Assembly (NCBI GenBank): GCA_046331245.1
Contig: JAXLRH010000002.1
Span: 402,587-466,586, forward strand
DNA from: Acidimicrobiales bacterium
GTDB taxonomy: Bacteria; Actinomycetota; Acidimicrobiia; Acidimicrobiales; Microtrichaceae
Reading direction: 5' to 3'
Length of the DNA: 64,000 bases
Shown here one piece after another: positions 18,634-27,614 of this stretch. How positions within the stretch are numbered: the first letter of the stretch is position 1; each line of letters opens with the position of its first letter. The notes under the pieces were generated by a model that worked only from the letters and a program-made list of their open reading frames with translations, was not told the DNA's origin and did no database searches. The translations under genes and the position numbers were made by a program.

Positions 18634-18852
18634 TCAGCTCGCGGCAGCAGCGCGCTGCGGCTTGAACAGCCGGTAGCCGCGGTTGTTCGCCTCGGTGAGC
18701 GTGTCGGGCCCGAAGCACAGGAACGTCTCCGCCGAGAGGAGCTCGGCGATGAGCGGCTCGTGCTCGGGTGCCAGCTCATCGATGTCGTACACCACCTGCG
18801 TGCGCTTGTCGCCGACGTAGCGGTTGTGCTCGAACTTTCCCAGACGCTCCAT
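18634..18852 (-). CDS. small conserved-looking protein (72 aa), possibly DUF3039-like
   Basis: MERLGKFEHNRYVGDKRTQVVYDIDELAPEHEP... has a composition (K, F, Y, N, E, D) atypical of GC-noise frames. It lies 38 nt upstream of the hydrolase on the same strand. The family assignment is from memory only. Confidence 0.5.
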   Translation of the reverse strand: MERLGKFEHNRYVGDKRTQVVYDIDELAPEHEPLIAELLSAETFLCFGPDTLTEANNRGYRLFKPQRAAAAS

Positions 18853-18936
18853 GTGCCCATCGTAGGCGCGGCGCCACCGTGCTTGACTACCAGGGACACC
18901 GACGCCACGAGCGATGGCCGGTGGGAGGGAGCGCCG

Positions 18937-19740
18937 ATGAGCAGCGTCTGGAATCCCGACACCTACGAGCAGTTCGCCGACCTCCGCGCCAAGCCGTTCG
19001 ACGACCTCGTGTCGCTGATCGAGCCGCCGGAGACACCGCCCGACGTGGTCGACCTCGGGTGCGGCACCGGAGCGCTCACCGCGTCGCTCGCCGAGCGCCT
19101 CGGCGCGCGGTCGGTGCTGGGCATCGACAGCTCGCCGGAAATGCTGGAGCGCGCCGCCGAGCACGACGGGGCCGGCGTGCGCTTCGAACGCGGCGACATC
19201 GCCACCTTCGACCGACCGAGCTCGTTCGACGTGGTGATCTCGAACGCGGCGCTGCACTGGACCGACGACCACCGCGGCACCCTCGGACGATGGGCGCGCG
19301 CCGTGCGCCCCGGCGGCCAGATCGCCGTGCAGCTGCCCGCCAACTTCGCCCATCCGTCCCACACGGTGGCCGTGCGGGTCGGTCAGGACTCCTACTTCGA
19401 CCGACGGTGGCGCAACGGCGGGCAGCCGGCGGACCGGGGTCGCTTCGTGATGCCGCCCGCCGCGTACGCCGAGCTCCTGAACGAGCTGGGCTTCGCCACG
19501 CAGTCGGTGAGCCTGCACGTGTACCCGATGGTGCTGCCGTCGAGCGCGTCCGTCGTCGACTGGGTGCGAGGCACCCTGCTCGTGCCCTACCGCGCCGCCC
19601 TCGCACCCGACGACTACGCCGAGTTCGAGCGCCGCTACGCCAAGGAGCTCGCGCTGGTGATCGGTGGGGAGAGCGGTGAGCGCTCGCCCTACTTCTACGC
19701 CTTCGACCGCATCCTCATGTGGGGTCGTCGGGCCCGGTGA
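18937..19740 (+). CDS. tam: trans-aconitate 2-methyltransferase
   Basis: 267 aa, SAM motif VVDLGCGTG, Tam-like throughout. GGGAGGG RBS. Confidence 0.8.
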   Translation: MSSVWNPDTYEQFADLRAKPFDDLVSLIEPPETPPDVVDLGCGTGALTASLAERLGARSVLGIDSSPEMLERAAEHDGAGVRFERGDIATFDRPSSFDVVISNAALHWTDDHRGTLGRWARAVRPGGQIAVQLPANFAHPSHTVAVRVGQDSYFDRRWRNGGQPADRGRFVMPPAAYAELLNELGFATQSVSLHVYPMVLPSSASVVDWVRGTLLVPYRAALAPDDYAEFERRYAKELALVIGGESGERSPYFYAFDRILMWGRRAR

Positions 19741-20161
19741 CCTGCGGCCCGAACGCGCCGATCGACCGGTAGTAGCCCTCCTGGGCGGTGAGGATCGCGA
19801 CGACCTGCTCGTCGGTGAGCTCGATGTCGGCGTCGTCGGCACGGCCCAGGATGTACGCGAGGGGCTCGTCGTCGGTGACGACCACGAGGGCGGCGTTCAC
19901 CTCGGCGTCGGTGCCGTAGGACGCGACCCCCTTCGTCTGCAGGTAGTCGAGGTGCCACAGCAGCACCTGTCGCACGTCGTCGTAGCTGACCACCGCGCTC
20001 ACCGCCGGGTCGACGTGGTCGCCCACGTAGACCACGGCGTCGTCGAGGTCGTAGACGGCCGGACGCGACTTCCCGGCCTGCTGCGCCGTGACCGATCCCA
20101 CTGCCACCGCCGCCACCACGAACGCCACGAGCGCGCTGAGCACGACGAAGATCCAGATCAC
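19715..20161 (-). CDS. hypothetical membrane-anchored acidic protein
   Basis: An N-terminal TM helix IWIFVVLSALVAFVVAAVAV is followed by a Asp-rich soluble domain. It overlaps the tam 3' end by 26 nt. Confidence 0.4.
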   Translation of the reverse strand: MIWIFVVLSALVAFVVAAVAVGSVTAQQAGKSRPAVYDLDDAVVYVGDHVDPAVSAVVSYDDVRQVLLWHLDYLQTKGVASYGTDAEVNAALVVVTDDEPLAYILGRADDADIELTDEQVVAILTAQEGYYRSIGAFGPQVTGPDDPT

Positions 20162-20204
20162 GCGGACACGCTAGCCACCCGACACGCCGTAGAGTCAGTC
20201 GTCT

Positions 20205-21404
20205 GTGAAGCCACGTAGCAACACGCCCCTGCTGTTGGCGATCGTCGCCGAAGCCATGGGATACGGGGCGATCTTCGGCCTGCTCGCCGACCTCCAGGAC
20301 AAGTTCCACTTCTCCCAGTTCGGCCTCGGGGTGATCGCCGCCTCGGCCTTCCCGGCGGCGCTCGTCGGACAGCTGGGGCTCTCGCGGTACGCCGACCGCG
20401 GCCACACCCGCCGGCTGCTCTGGTTCGGCCTCGCCACGGCCGCAGCGGGCATGGTGTGGTTCTGGCTGGGCAGCTCGCTGGTGGAGTTCACGATCGCCCG
20501 CATGCTGGTCGGCCTGGGCTCGGGCACGTTCATCCCCTCGGCGCGCCGAGCCGTCCTGTGCCGCGACCCCCACAATCCCGGCAAGGCCATCTCCATGGCC
20601 GGCGCGGCGGACATCGGCGGCTTCCTCATCGGCATCCCGGTGGCGAAGCAGCTCGAGGTGGCGTTCAACCACGATCCGAACAAGCCGTTCCTCGTGCTCG
20701 CGCTCGTCCTCCTGGCCATCGGCCCGCTGGCCACCCTCATCGACGAGCCGCCCCGGCACGAGTCGCACACCGGCGGCGACGAGGTGCGCAAGGTGTTCGC
20801 CATCCCCCTGGCACGGGCCGGCATCATCATCGGCCTCGGCTTCGCGGCCCTCATCGGCACGTTCGACTCCATCGCCTCGCGGTTCCTCAAGGACCTCGGC
20901 GGCACCGACAACGAGCTCACCGTCGTGATGATCTCGCTGTTCGTCCCGCTCGTCGTCGCCATGCCCATCGCCGGTCGTCTGGTCGACCGCGTCGGCCCGG
21001 TCCGCGCCGGCACGACCGCGCTGATCGTCTCGTCGCCGATCATCCTGGCGTTCGGCCTCACGCGGCACCTCGGCGTGATCGCGGCCCTCGGGGCCGCCGT
21101 CGCGCTCTGCTACGCGGTCGTCTACACGTCGGGCCAGGCAGCCGTCGCCGGGGCGACGGTGCCGGTCGGGCTGAGCGGGGCCGGACAGGGCGCCTACGAG
21201 GCCACCTACGCCGTCGGCTCCATGATGTGCGCCCTCACCGCGCCCCTCGTCTACATGGCGAACAACTCGATGCCCATGTGGGTCGTCGTGTCGATGCTCA
21301 CGGTCATCGCCGCCGTCGCCGCCTGGTCGACGGCCGGGGCCAGCCGACGCGAGGAGGTCCACATGTCCGAGCTCGAGGAGCAGATGTACGAACAGCAGCT
21401 CTGA
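20205..21404 (+). CDS. MFS transporter
   Basis: 399 aa, 12 TM pattern with MFS signature loops. Confidence 0.85.
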   Translation: MKPRSNTPLLLAIVAEAMGYGAIFGLLADLQDKFHFSQFGLGVIAASAFPAALVGQLGLSRYADRGHTRRLLWFGLATAAAGMVWFWLGSSLVEFTIARMLVGLGSGTFIPSARRAVLCRDPHNPGKAISMAGAADIGGFLIGIPVAKQLEVAFNHDPNKPFLVLALVLLAIGPLATLIDEPPRHESHTGGDEVRKVFAIPLARAGIIIGLGFAALIGTFDSIASRFLKDLGGTDNELTVVMISLFVPLVVAMPIAGRLVDRVGPVRAGTTALIVSSPIILAFGLTRHLGVIAALGAAVALCYAVVYTSGQAAVAGATVPVGLSGAGQGAYEATYAVGSMMCALTAPLVYMANNSMPMWVVVSMLTVIAAVAAWSTAGASRREEVHMSELEEQMYEQQL

Positions 21405-21410
21405 CGCGCA

Positions 21411-21440
21411 GGAGGCCCGGGGCTCGCGCCCCGGGCCTCC
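21411..21440. terminator. GC-rich hairpin between convergent MFS and acyl-CoA dehydrogenase genes
   Basis: GGAGGCCCGGGG-ctcgcg-CCCCGGGCCTCC is a perfect 12-bp stem 7 nt after the MFS stop. There is no U tract. Confidence 0.5.
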
Positions 21441-21503
21441 TCCGTTCCGGCGTTGAATTTCGCCCCTGTAGGGCGTCTGAGCCCGGCGGAACGGGCCGAG
21501 TGG

Positions 21504-22619
21504 TCAGATCCCGATGCGCTGAGCGAGCAGCTCGCGGTGGTAGGTGGGATCGCCGAGGAACAGCTCGGAGCTCTTCGCACGCTTGAAGTACAGGTGCGCC
21601 GGGTGCTCCCAGGTGAAGCCGATGCCGCCGTGAATCTGGATGTTCTCGGCGGTCGTGTGGAAGTACGCCTCCGAGCAGTAGCTCTTGGCGAGGCTCGCGA
21701 CCGACGGCAGCTCGTCGTTCAGCTCCGAGGCGCACCAGCCGGCGTAGTAGGCGGCGGACTTGGCCGACTCGACCTCGAGCAGCATGTCGGCGCACTTGTG
21801 CTTGATGGCCTGGAACGAGCCGATCGGACGACCGAACTGCACGCGGTCCTTGGCGTACTGCACGGCCATCTCGAGGCACTCCTGCGCCCCGCCGACCTGC
21901 TCGGCGGCGAGAGCGACGGCGGCGAGGTCGAGCACGCGGCTGAGGACGTCCCAGCCACCACCCTCGGTGCCGATGAGCGTCGCCGGCGTGTCGGCGAACG
22001 TGAGGCGGGCCTGCTTGCGGGTCTGGTCCATCGTGGACAGCGACTCGCGGGTGAGGCCGGCGGCGTCGCCGGCGACGGCGAAGAGGCTGACGCCCGACGC
22101 AGTGCGGGCGGCGACGATGATCAGGTCGGCGATCGTGCCGTCGAGCACGTACATCTTCTCGCCCGAGATCGTGTACGAGTCACCCGAGCCGGTGGCGGCG
22201 ACGGTGATGCCCGACTCGTCCCACTTGCCGTTGGCCTCGGTGAAGGCCAGCGTGGCGATGGTCTCGCCGGACGCGATGCCGGGAAGGTGCGCGGCCTTGG
22301 CGGCGTCGTCGCCGGAGTGCAGGAGCGTGTTCGCGGCGAGCGCGACGGTGGCGAAGTACGGGGCGCACAGCAGGCGGCGACCCATCTCCTCGAGCACGAC
22401 GATGAGCTCGACGTAGCTGTAGCCCGAGCCACCGAACTCCTCGGGGATGATGAGACCCTGCAGGCCCATCTGCTCACCCATCTGCGACCACACGGCGGGG
22501 TCGTAGCCGGAGTCGGTCTCCATCAGCTCGCGGACGGTGCCCTCGTCGCTCTTGGCGTTGAGGAAGTCACGGACGACCTTGCGGAGCTCTTCTTGTTCTT
22601 CGGAAAAGGCAAAGTTCAT
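21504..22619 (-). CDS. acyl-CoA dehydrogenase
   Basis: Start MNFAFSEEQEEL. ACAD N, M and C domains with the catalytic Glu region. Confidence 0.88.
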   Translation of the reverse strand: MNFAFSEEQEELRKVVRDFLNAKSDEGTVRELMETDSGYDPAVWSQMGEQMGLQGLIIPEEFGGSGYSYVELIVVLEEMGRRLLCAPYFATVALAANTLLHSGDDAAKAAHLPGIASGETIATLAFTEANGKWDESGITVAATGSGDSYTISGEKMYVLDGTIADLIIVAARTASGVSLFAVAGDAAGLTRESLSTMDQTRKQARLTFADTPATLIGTEGGGWDVLSRVLDLAAVALAAEQVGGAQECLEMAVQYAKDRVQFGRPIGSFQAIKHKCADMLLEVESAKSAAYYAGWCASELNDELPSVASLAKSYCSEAYFHTTAENIQIHGGIGFTWEHPAHLYFKRAKSSELFLGDPTYHRELLAQRIGI

Positions 22620-22699
22620 GGGCGACAGACTGGCCGCCACGATCGGCGACGACAACCCGCTCGGTGTACTCGTGTGTACACACCGACTACCCTGCCTCC

Positions 22700-22978
22700 A
22701 TGGAACGAATCGGCGTCCGTGAGCTCCGTGGTGACCTGGCCGCAGCGGTGAAGCGGGCCGGCGCCGGCGAGCGCATCATCGTGACGGTCGGCGGCGCCCC
22801 CGTCGCCCAGCTCGGGCCGCTCGACGCGGGCGGCGACGGCGTGACCGTCGACGACCTCGTGGCCCGCGGGCTCCTCGTGCGGGCGCGCCGCGACGATCGC
22901 CCTCGCCCCGACTTCGTGATGCCGCTGTGGGCGGGCACCCGCCTCGACCAGCTCGTGCGCGAGGTGCGGGGGCGGTGA
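22700..22978 (+). CDS. vapB: type II antitoxin (Phd/YefM or VapB-like)
   Basis: MERIGVRELRGDLAAAVKRAGAGERIIVTVGGAPVAQL. Its 4-nt overlap with the toxin gene is reported with the vapC call. Confidence 0.7.
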   Translation: MERIGVRELRGDLAAAVKRAGAGERIIVTVGGAPVAQLGPLDAGGDGVTVDDLVARGLLVRARRDDRPRPDFVMPLWAGTRLDQLVREVRGR

Positions 22979-23385
22979 CGATCGCGCTCGACACCACCGC
23001 GCTGCTCGCCCGCTACCTCGACGGGCCCTTCCGGCCCGTCATCATCGACGCGATGGACGCCGACCACGACTGGTGCGCCTCGGCGCTCGCGCTCAGCGAG
23101 GCACTCATGCTGATCGAACAGATCGGCGACGACCCCCGCCGCGCCGACCACCTCCGCCGCGCCCTCCGCGACGACTGGGAGCGCGTGCACGTCGTGCCGG
23201 TCGACCAGCGCTGCCTCGACCGCGCCGCCGAGCTCGGGCGCACCCAGCCGCTCCGCACCGTGGACGCGCTCCACCTCGCGGCCGCCGATCGGCTGCCGAG
23301 GCCGGTGCGGTTCGCGACGTTCGACCCCGCCCAGATCCCGGTGGCGATGTCGCTCGGGTTCAGCGTCGTGTCGACGCCGGCCTGA
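22975..23385 (+). CDS. vapC: PIN-domain toxin VapC
   Basis: GTG start overlapping the antitoxin stop (GTGA). IALDTT...E...D...D acidic PIN tetrad. Confidence 0.75.
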   Translation: MTIALDTTALLARYLDGPFRPVIIDAMDADHDWCASALALSEALMLIEQIGDDPRRADHLRRALRDDWERVHVVPVDQRCLDRAAELGRTQPLRTVDALHLAAADRLPRPVRFATFDPAQIPVAMSLGFSVVSTPA

Positions 23386-24343
23386 CGCCGCGGTTCGACT
23401 CGCCGCGCGTCGCGAGCGGCGAGCGCAGCAGAGCTCGCGCCGCGAGGCCGGCGCGTCGGGGCGACGCGATCGACAGGCGCACGGTCATCAGCGCCGCCGC
23501 ACCAACGGCCCGGGCGAAGGCGCCGGTTCCCCACCACTGCGCCGCGAACTGCAGCGTGCCCTCCCACCAGCGCAGCTCGCGCTCCCACCAGTTGGCGGCC
23601 GAACCGCCGCACTCGTGCTCGGCCCACGGCGTGGGGAGGTACAGCAACGTCCACCCGGCGGCCCGGAGCCGGCGACACAGATCGAGATCCTCCCCGTAGA
23701 GGAAGTACCGCTCGTCGAAGCCACCGATGGAGTCGAATGCCTCGCGCCGGATGAGCATCGCCGTCGCGGCGATGGTCTCGACCGCGACCACCGCGTCGGT
23801 GCCGCGGTCGACCTGGTGCGCAGCGCCCAGCGACCGGGCGAGACGCGCCACGAACCCGACCGAGAGCAGCCGCTTCGCGCCCAGCGCCCGACCGAGCAGA
23901 TCGATCGGCCGGAGCTCGCGACCGCCGCTGCGCTCGAGATCGCCGGTCGCCTCCGTGCGGATGAGCCCCTGCGCGGCGCCGGCCGAGGGGTCGGCGGCGA
24001 GCGCCTCCAAGCCGGCGGCGATCGCGATGCGGGTGAGGTCCGCGTCGGGGTTCATGAGGAGCACGTACTCCGCCGTCGACGCGGCGACGGCGCGGTTGAT
24101 GCCGGCGCCGAACCCGGGATTGGTCGGGTCGTGGAGGATCGTCGCTCCGGCCCGCGCCGCCGCGGCGCCGCTGCCGTCGTCGCCATGGTCGACCACGATG
24201 ACGCGGCCGTCGACGCCGTACGACCGGAGGCCGCGCACGCGCTGCTCGATGCGGTCGACGTTGCCGAACGCGACCATCGCGACGTCGACCGTCGGGCGCA
24301 CGCGTCCGGCGACGGCTGCCGGGTCGGTGGCGGCGAGCGTCAC
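23360..24343 (-). CDS. glycosyltransferase family 2 (WbbL/rhamnosyltransferase-like)
   Basis: GTG start overlapping the upstream stop. DXD-type LMNPDADL. YGEDLDLCRRL motif. Confidence 0.8.
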   Translation of the reverse strand: MTLAATDPAAVAGRVRPTVDVAMVAFGNVDRIEQRVRGLRSYGVDGRVIVVDHGDDGSGAAAARAGATILHDPTNPGFGAGINRAVAASTAEYVLLMNPDADLTRIAIAAGLEALAADPSAGAAQGLIRTEATGDLERSGGRELRPIDLLGRALGAKRLLSVGFVARLARSLGAAHQVDRGTDAVVAVETIAATAMLIRREAFDSIGGFDERYFLYGEDLDLCRRLRAAGWTLLYLPTPWAEHECGGSAANWWERELRWWEGTLQFAAQWWGTGAFARAVGAAALMTVRLSIASPRRAGLAARALLRSPLATRGESNRGVRPASTRR

Positions 24344-25068
24344 GCGGCCCGCCGGTGACGCCAGAGGTGACGCACCACGTTCACGCCGTGCTGGGCGCCG
24401 CGCACCGTCATCAGGTTGCGGTGACGACGGCGCGGCGGATGCAGGCACGCCGCGGCCGCCACCTGACGGATCCGGTGACCGGCCGCGCCGAGACGCAGGC
24501 AGAAGTCGACGTCTTCGGGACCGTAGAAGTACGTCTCGTCGAGCCCGCCGACCGCGTCCCACGCCGAACGCCGCACGAGCTGGCAGGCGCCAATGGCGAA
24601 GTCGACGTCCCACGACGGAGCGGTGGTGTCGCCCGTCGGCTCGTAGCCGTCGCGGCGATTGAGGGCCCGCTCGGCCTTCACGCGGAACGTGGGAGCGGCG
24701 CCGGCGCTGTCGGTCGGTCGCTGGTCGACGAAGACCGGCGCGGCCATCGCCACGCCGTCGTCACCGAGCTCGGCCACCAGCCGAGCGAGGCAGTCGGGGC
24801 GGAGCTCAGCGTCGCTGTCGAGGAGGAGCAGGTACGGCGCCGAGCCCAGCCGGGCGCCCTGGTTGCGGGCTGCGGCGACGCCCCGGTTCTCGTCGTTCCG
24901 GACGAGCGCGACGCCCGCCGGCACGGTGACTGGCTCGTCGCTGCCGTTGTCGACGACGACCACGCGCACGTCGACGCCGGTGGATCCGAGTGCCGACTCC
25001 ACGGCCCGCTCGAGACGCGGCCCGTCGTTCCACGTCAGGATCACGACGTCGACGACTGGAACGGTCAC
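24340..25068 (-). CDS. glycosyltransferase family 2
   Basis: VVDVVILTWNDGPRLERAV, LDSDAEL, YGPEDVDFCLRL. Confidence 0.8.
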   Translation of the reverse strand: MTVPVVDVVILTWNDGPRLERAVESALGSTGVDVRVVVVDNGSDEPVTVPAGVALVRNDENRGVAAARNQGARLGSAPYLLLLDSDAELRPDCLARLVAELGDDGVAMAAPVFVDQRPTDSAGAAPTFRVKAERALNRRDGYEPTGDTTAPSWDVDFAIGACQLVRRSAWDAVGGLDETYFYGPEDVDFCLRLGAAGHRIRQVAAAACLHPPRRRHRNLMTVRGAQHGVNVVRHLWRHRRAA

Positions 25069-25085
25069 CCCGATATCCTACCGTC

Positions 25086-26336
25086 ATGGTCACTTTGAGC
25101 GGTCGGGCGACCACGGTGAGGCAGGGATCGTCGATCGCCCTGCGAGCCGCCGGCACCGCGCTCGAGTTCGTCGGCTACGTGATCCTGGCGCGCCGCCTCG
25201 GTCCCGGCGCCTTCGGCCAGATCTCGGTCGCCCTCGTGATCGTGCGGTTCGCCGCGCTCCTCGGCGACAGCGGCGCCGGGTACGGGGGCACCCGTGAGGT
25301 GGCAAGCCGTGGCGTCGACTCCCCGCGTGTCTGGGCCTGGCAGCGCAACCGGCAGATCCGCTCCGTCGGCCTGGCCGTGGTGTTCGTCGTCGCCTGCGCG
25401 GTGTCGGGCCATGTCGCGCTGATGCCGTTCGCGATCGGCCTCGTCGCCCGCGGCGCCCATCGCGACTGGATCGCGCTGGGCGAAGGCGCCGTCGTCCGGT
25501 CGTCGGCGCCGGGCATCGTGCACGGTCTCGTCATCGTCACCGGCGCCGCCCTCGTGTCCTCGCTCGGCGCGGCGGCGATGGTCGCCGGAGCGGCGGCCGC
25601 CGCGTGGATCGCGACCTCGGCCGTCCTGAACCCGCGGCCGGCGCACGCCGCACCGGCAGCCGGCTCCGACACCGGCGGGCTCGCCGGACGCACCGCGACG
25701 ATCGGGTCGTGGGGCCTGGTCGCACTGTTCGCCGACAGCCTCGTCCAGTCGCTCGACGTCGTGCTGCTGTCGTTCCTGCGCAGCAACGCCGAGGCCGGCG
25801 TGTACGCGGCCGTGTACCGCATCCCGAACGCGCTGCTCCTGCTGCTCGGCCTGTCCGTCACCTCCGCCGTCCCGCGCATGGTCGCGCTGCACGCCGACCC
25901 CGAGGCGGCACCGGCGCTCCGCCGTCGATGTCTCCGGCTCGGCGCCGTGCTCGCGGCGGTCACGCTCACGATCGGACTCGTGGCGGTCGGCACGGTCGGC
26001 ACCGTGTTCGGCCCGGCGTACACGGCGGGGCGACGCCCGCTTCTCCTCCTGCTCCTCGCCACGACGTTCACGGCCTTCTCGGTGCCGCTGCGCACGCTGC
26101 AGCTGGTCACCGGGAGCGATCGTGCGGTCGCCCGCGCCGCGGTCACCAACTCGCTGCTCGTCACCGCGGGCTACCTCGTGCTGATCCCGCGCTGGGGGAT
26201 GATCGGCGCCGCTGCGGCAACCGCCGTCGCGCAGTTCCTCTACCTGGTGTTCTTCGTGGCGGTCACGGCCGGTTCCCCGACGGAGGCGGCCGCGGTGTCG
26301 CCCTCGCCGGTGCGGCCGGCGACCTCACGCACGTGA
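25086..26336 (+). CDS. polysaccharide/oligosaccharide flippase (Wzx-like, MOP superfamily)
   Basis: Start MVTLSGRATT. About 12 TM helices. Only 17 nt separate it from the divergent GT2 start, so one of the two starts may be mis-set. Confidence 0.75.
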   Translation: MVTLSGRATTVRQGSSIALRAAGTALEFVGYVILARRLGPGAFGQISVALVIVRFAALLGDSGAGYGGTREVASRGVDSPRVWAWQRNRQIRSVGLAVVFVVACAVSGHVALMPFAIGLVARGAHRDWIALGEGAVVRSSAPGIVHGLVIVTGAALVSSLGAAAMVAGAAAAAWIATSAVLNPRPAHAAPAAGSDTGGLAGRTATIGSWGLVALFADSLVQSLDVVLLSFLRSNAEAGVYAAVYRIPNALLLLLGLSVTSAVPRMVALHADPEAAPALRRRCLRLGAVLAAVTLTIGLVAVGTVGTVFGPAYTAGRRPLLLLLLATTFTAFSVPLRTLQLVTGSDRAVARAAVTNSLLVTAGYLVLIPRWGMIGAAAATAVAQFLYLVFFVAVTAGSPTEAAAVSPSPVRPATSRT

Positions 26337-27544
26337 CCCAGGTACGTCTCGACCGCCGGCGCCCACGAGAACCGTTGCACGGCACGCTCGCGAAGGGCCG
26401 CCGGATCGAACCGGTCCGGTGATGCGATCGTCGTGGCGAGCGCGTCGGCCAGGCGAGCCGCGTCGCGCTCGACGAGGAAGCCGGTGACACCGTCCTCGAC
26501 CGTCTCGCGGAAGCCGCCCTCGGCGACGGCGATCACGGGCGTGCCGGTTGCCAGCGATTCGGGGACCGACAGGCCGAACGGCTCGAGGTGCGCGGCACAC
26601 ACGGTTGCGATCGCCGAGCCGTAGAGCTCGTTCAGGGCGATGTCGGAGATGCCGGCGCGCACGTCGAGGGTGACGCCACGGGCGGTCGCCATCGCTTCCA
26701 GGGTCTCGCGGTAGCGGGCGTCGCCGCGCTCGTTCGGGATGACGAGCGTCGGGCGCAGGTCCACCGGCAGCCGGCCGATCGCCTCCACGACCAGATCGTG
26801 CCCCTTCGCCGGCACGAGCGCGCCGACGGAGAGCACGTGGCCGGACCGGGGAGCGGTCGAGAGCGTGAACCGATCGAGGTCGGTGCCGAGCGGCGACACG
26901 TGGCCCACGCGGCCGTAGGCGCGGGCGACGGCCTCGGCGCTGAAGGCCGAGTTGCAGAGGATGCGATCGGCGGCCCGACCGCTCGCGACGTCGACCGATC
27001 GCAGCCACAGGTTCATCCCGGCCATGGCGCCGCGTGCAGCGACGGCGAGCGGGCCCGAACGCCCGTCGAGCACCCGGGTCGGGTCGAGCTCGTACTCGTA
27101 GCTCTGCCGACGCGGCTCCTGGGCGTAGTACACCGACGGCGTCCGCACGGAGCGGAGCGTGCTGGTGGCGCCGAAGTAGCGGCTGTTGTGGGCGATCACC
27201 ACGTCGTACCCGCCGGCGTCGATCCGTTCGGCCAGCCGCCGCTCGGCCTCGATCACGGCCCGCCAGAGCAGCGGCTCGGCGCCGCGCCCGAGACGTGATG
27301 CCGCCGACGACAGGCATACCGACTCGCGCACCGTGCGCCCGACGGCCTGCGCCAGACGCCCGTCGGCGGCGCCCGGGTAGCGGTCCCACTCCCCGAGGTC
27401 GACGGTGAACTCGTCGTACTCGATCTCGTCGCCGGTCCGCTCGACGAGTTCGGTCATCACCCGCACGGCGCCGCCGGGCGGGAGCAGGTGGCACAGGGCG
27501 GCGCGGATCGGACGCCGCGGAGAACCCGTCACCGCCTCGGACAT
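26240..27544 (-). CDS. glycosyltransferase family 4 (GT1-fold)
   Basis: 434 aa with the EX7E-type C-terminal domain. Its 3' end overlaps the flippase 3' end by about 97 nt. Confidence 0.85.
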   Translation of the reverse strand: MSEAVTGSPRRPIRAALCHLLPPGGAVRVMTELVERTGDEIEYDEFTVDLGEWDRYPGAADGRLAQAVGRTVRESVCLSSAASRLGRGAEPLLWRAVIEAERRLAERIDAGGYDVVIAHNSRYFGATSTLRSVRTPSVYYAQEPRRQSYEYELDPTRVLDGRSGPLAVAARGAMAGMNLWLRSVDVASGRAADRILCNSAFSAEAVARAYGRVGHVSPLGTDLDRFTLSTAPRSGHVLSVGALVPAKGHDLVVEAIGRLPVDLRPTLVIPNERGDARYRETLEAMATARGVTLDVRAGISDIALNELYGSAIATVCAAHLEPFGLSVPESLATGTPVIAVAEGGFRETVEDGVTGFLVERDAARLADALATTIASPDRFDPAALRERAVQRFSWAPAVETYLGHVREVAGRTGEGDTAAASVGEPAVTATKNTR

Positions 27545-27614
27545 GGAGGCAGCCTACGGGCGGATTCCCGCGAATCGGCCCTCAGAACTCGGCCGACGCG
27601 CCGATAGAGAGGGT

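Noticed and set aside
25068-25086. A genuine 17-nt divergent intergenic region between GT2 and flippase
   Set aside because: Too short to hold two promoters. One of the two start assignments (probably the flippase ATG at 25086 or the GT2 GTG at 25068) is likely wrong by a few codons, so this is flagged as start uncertainty rather than a feature.
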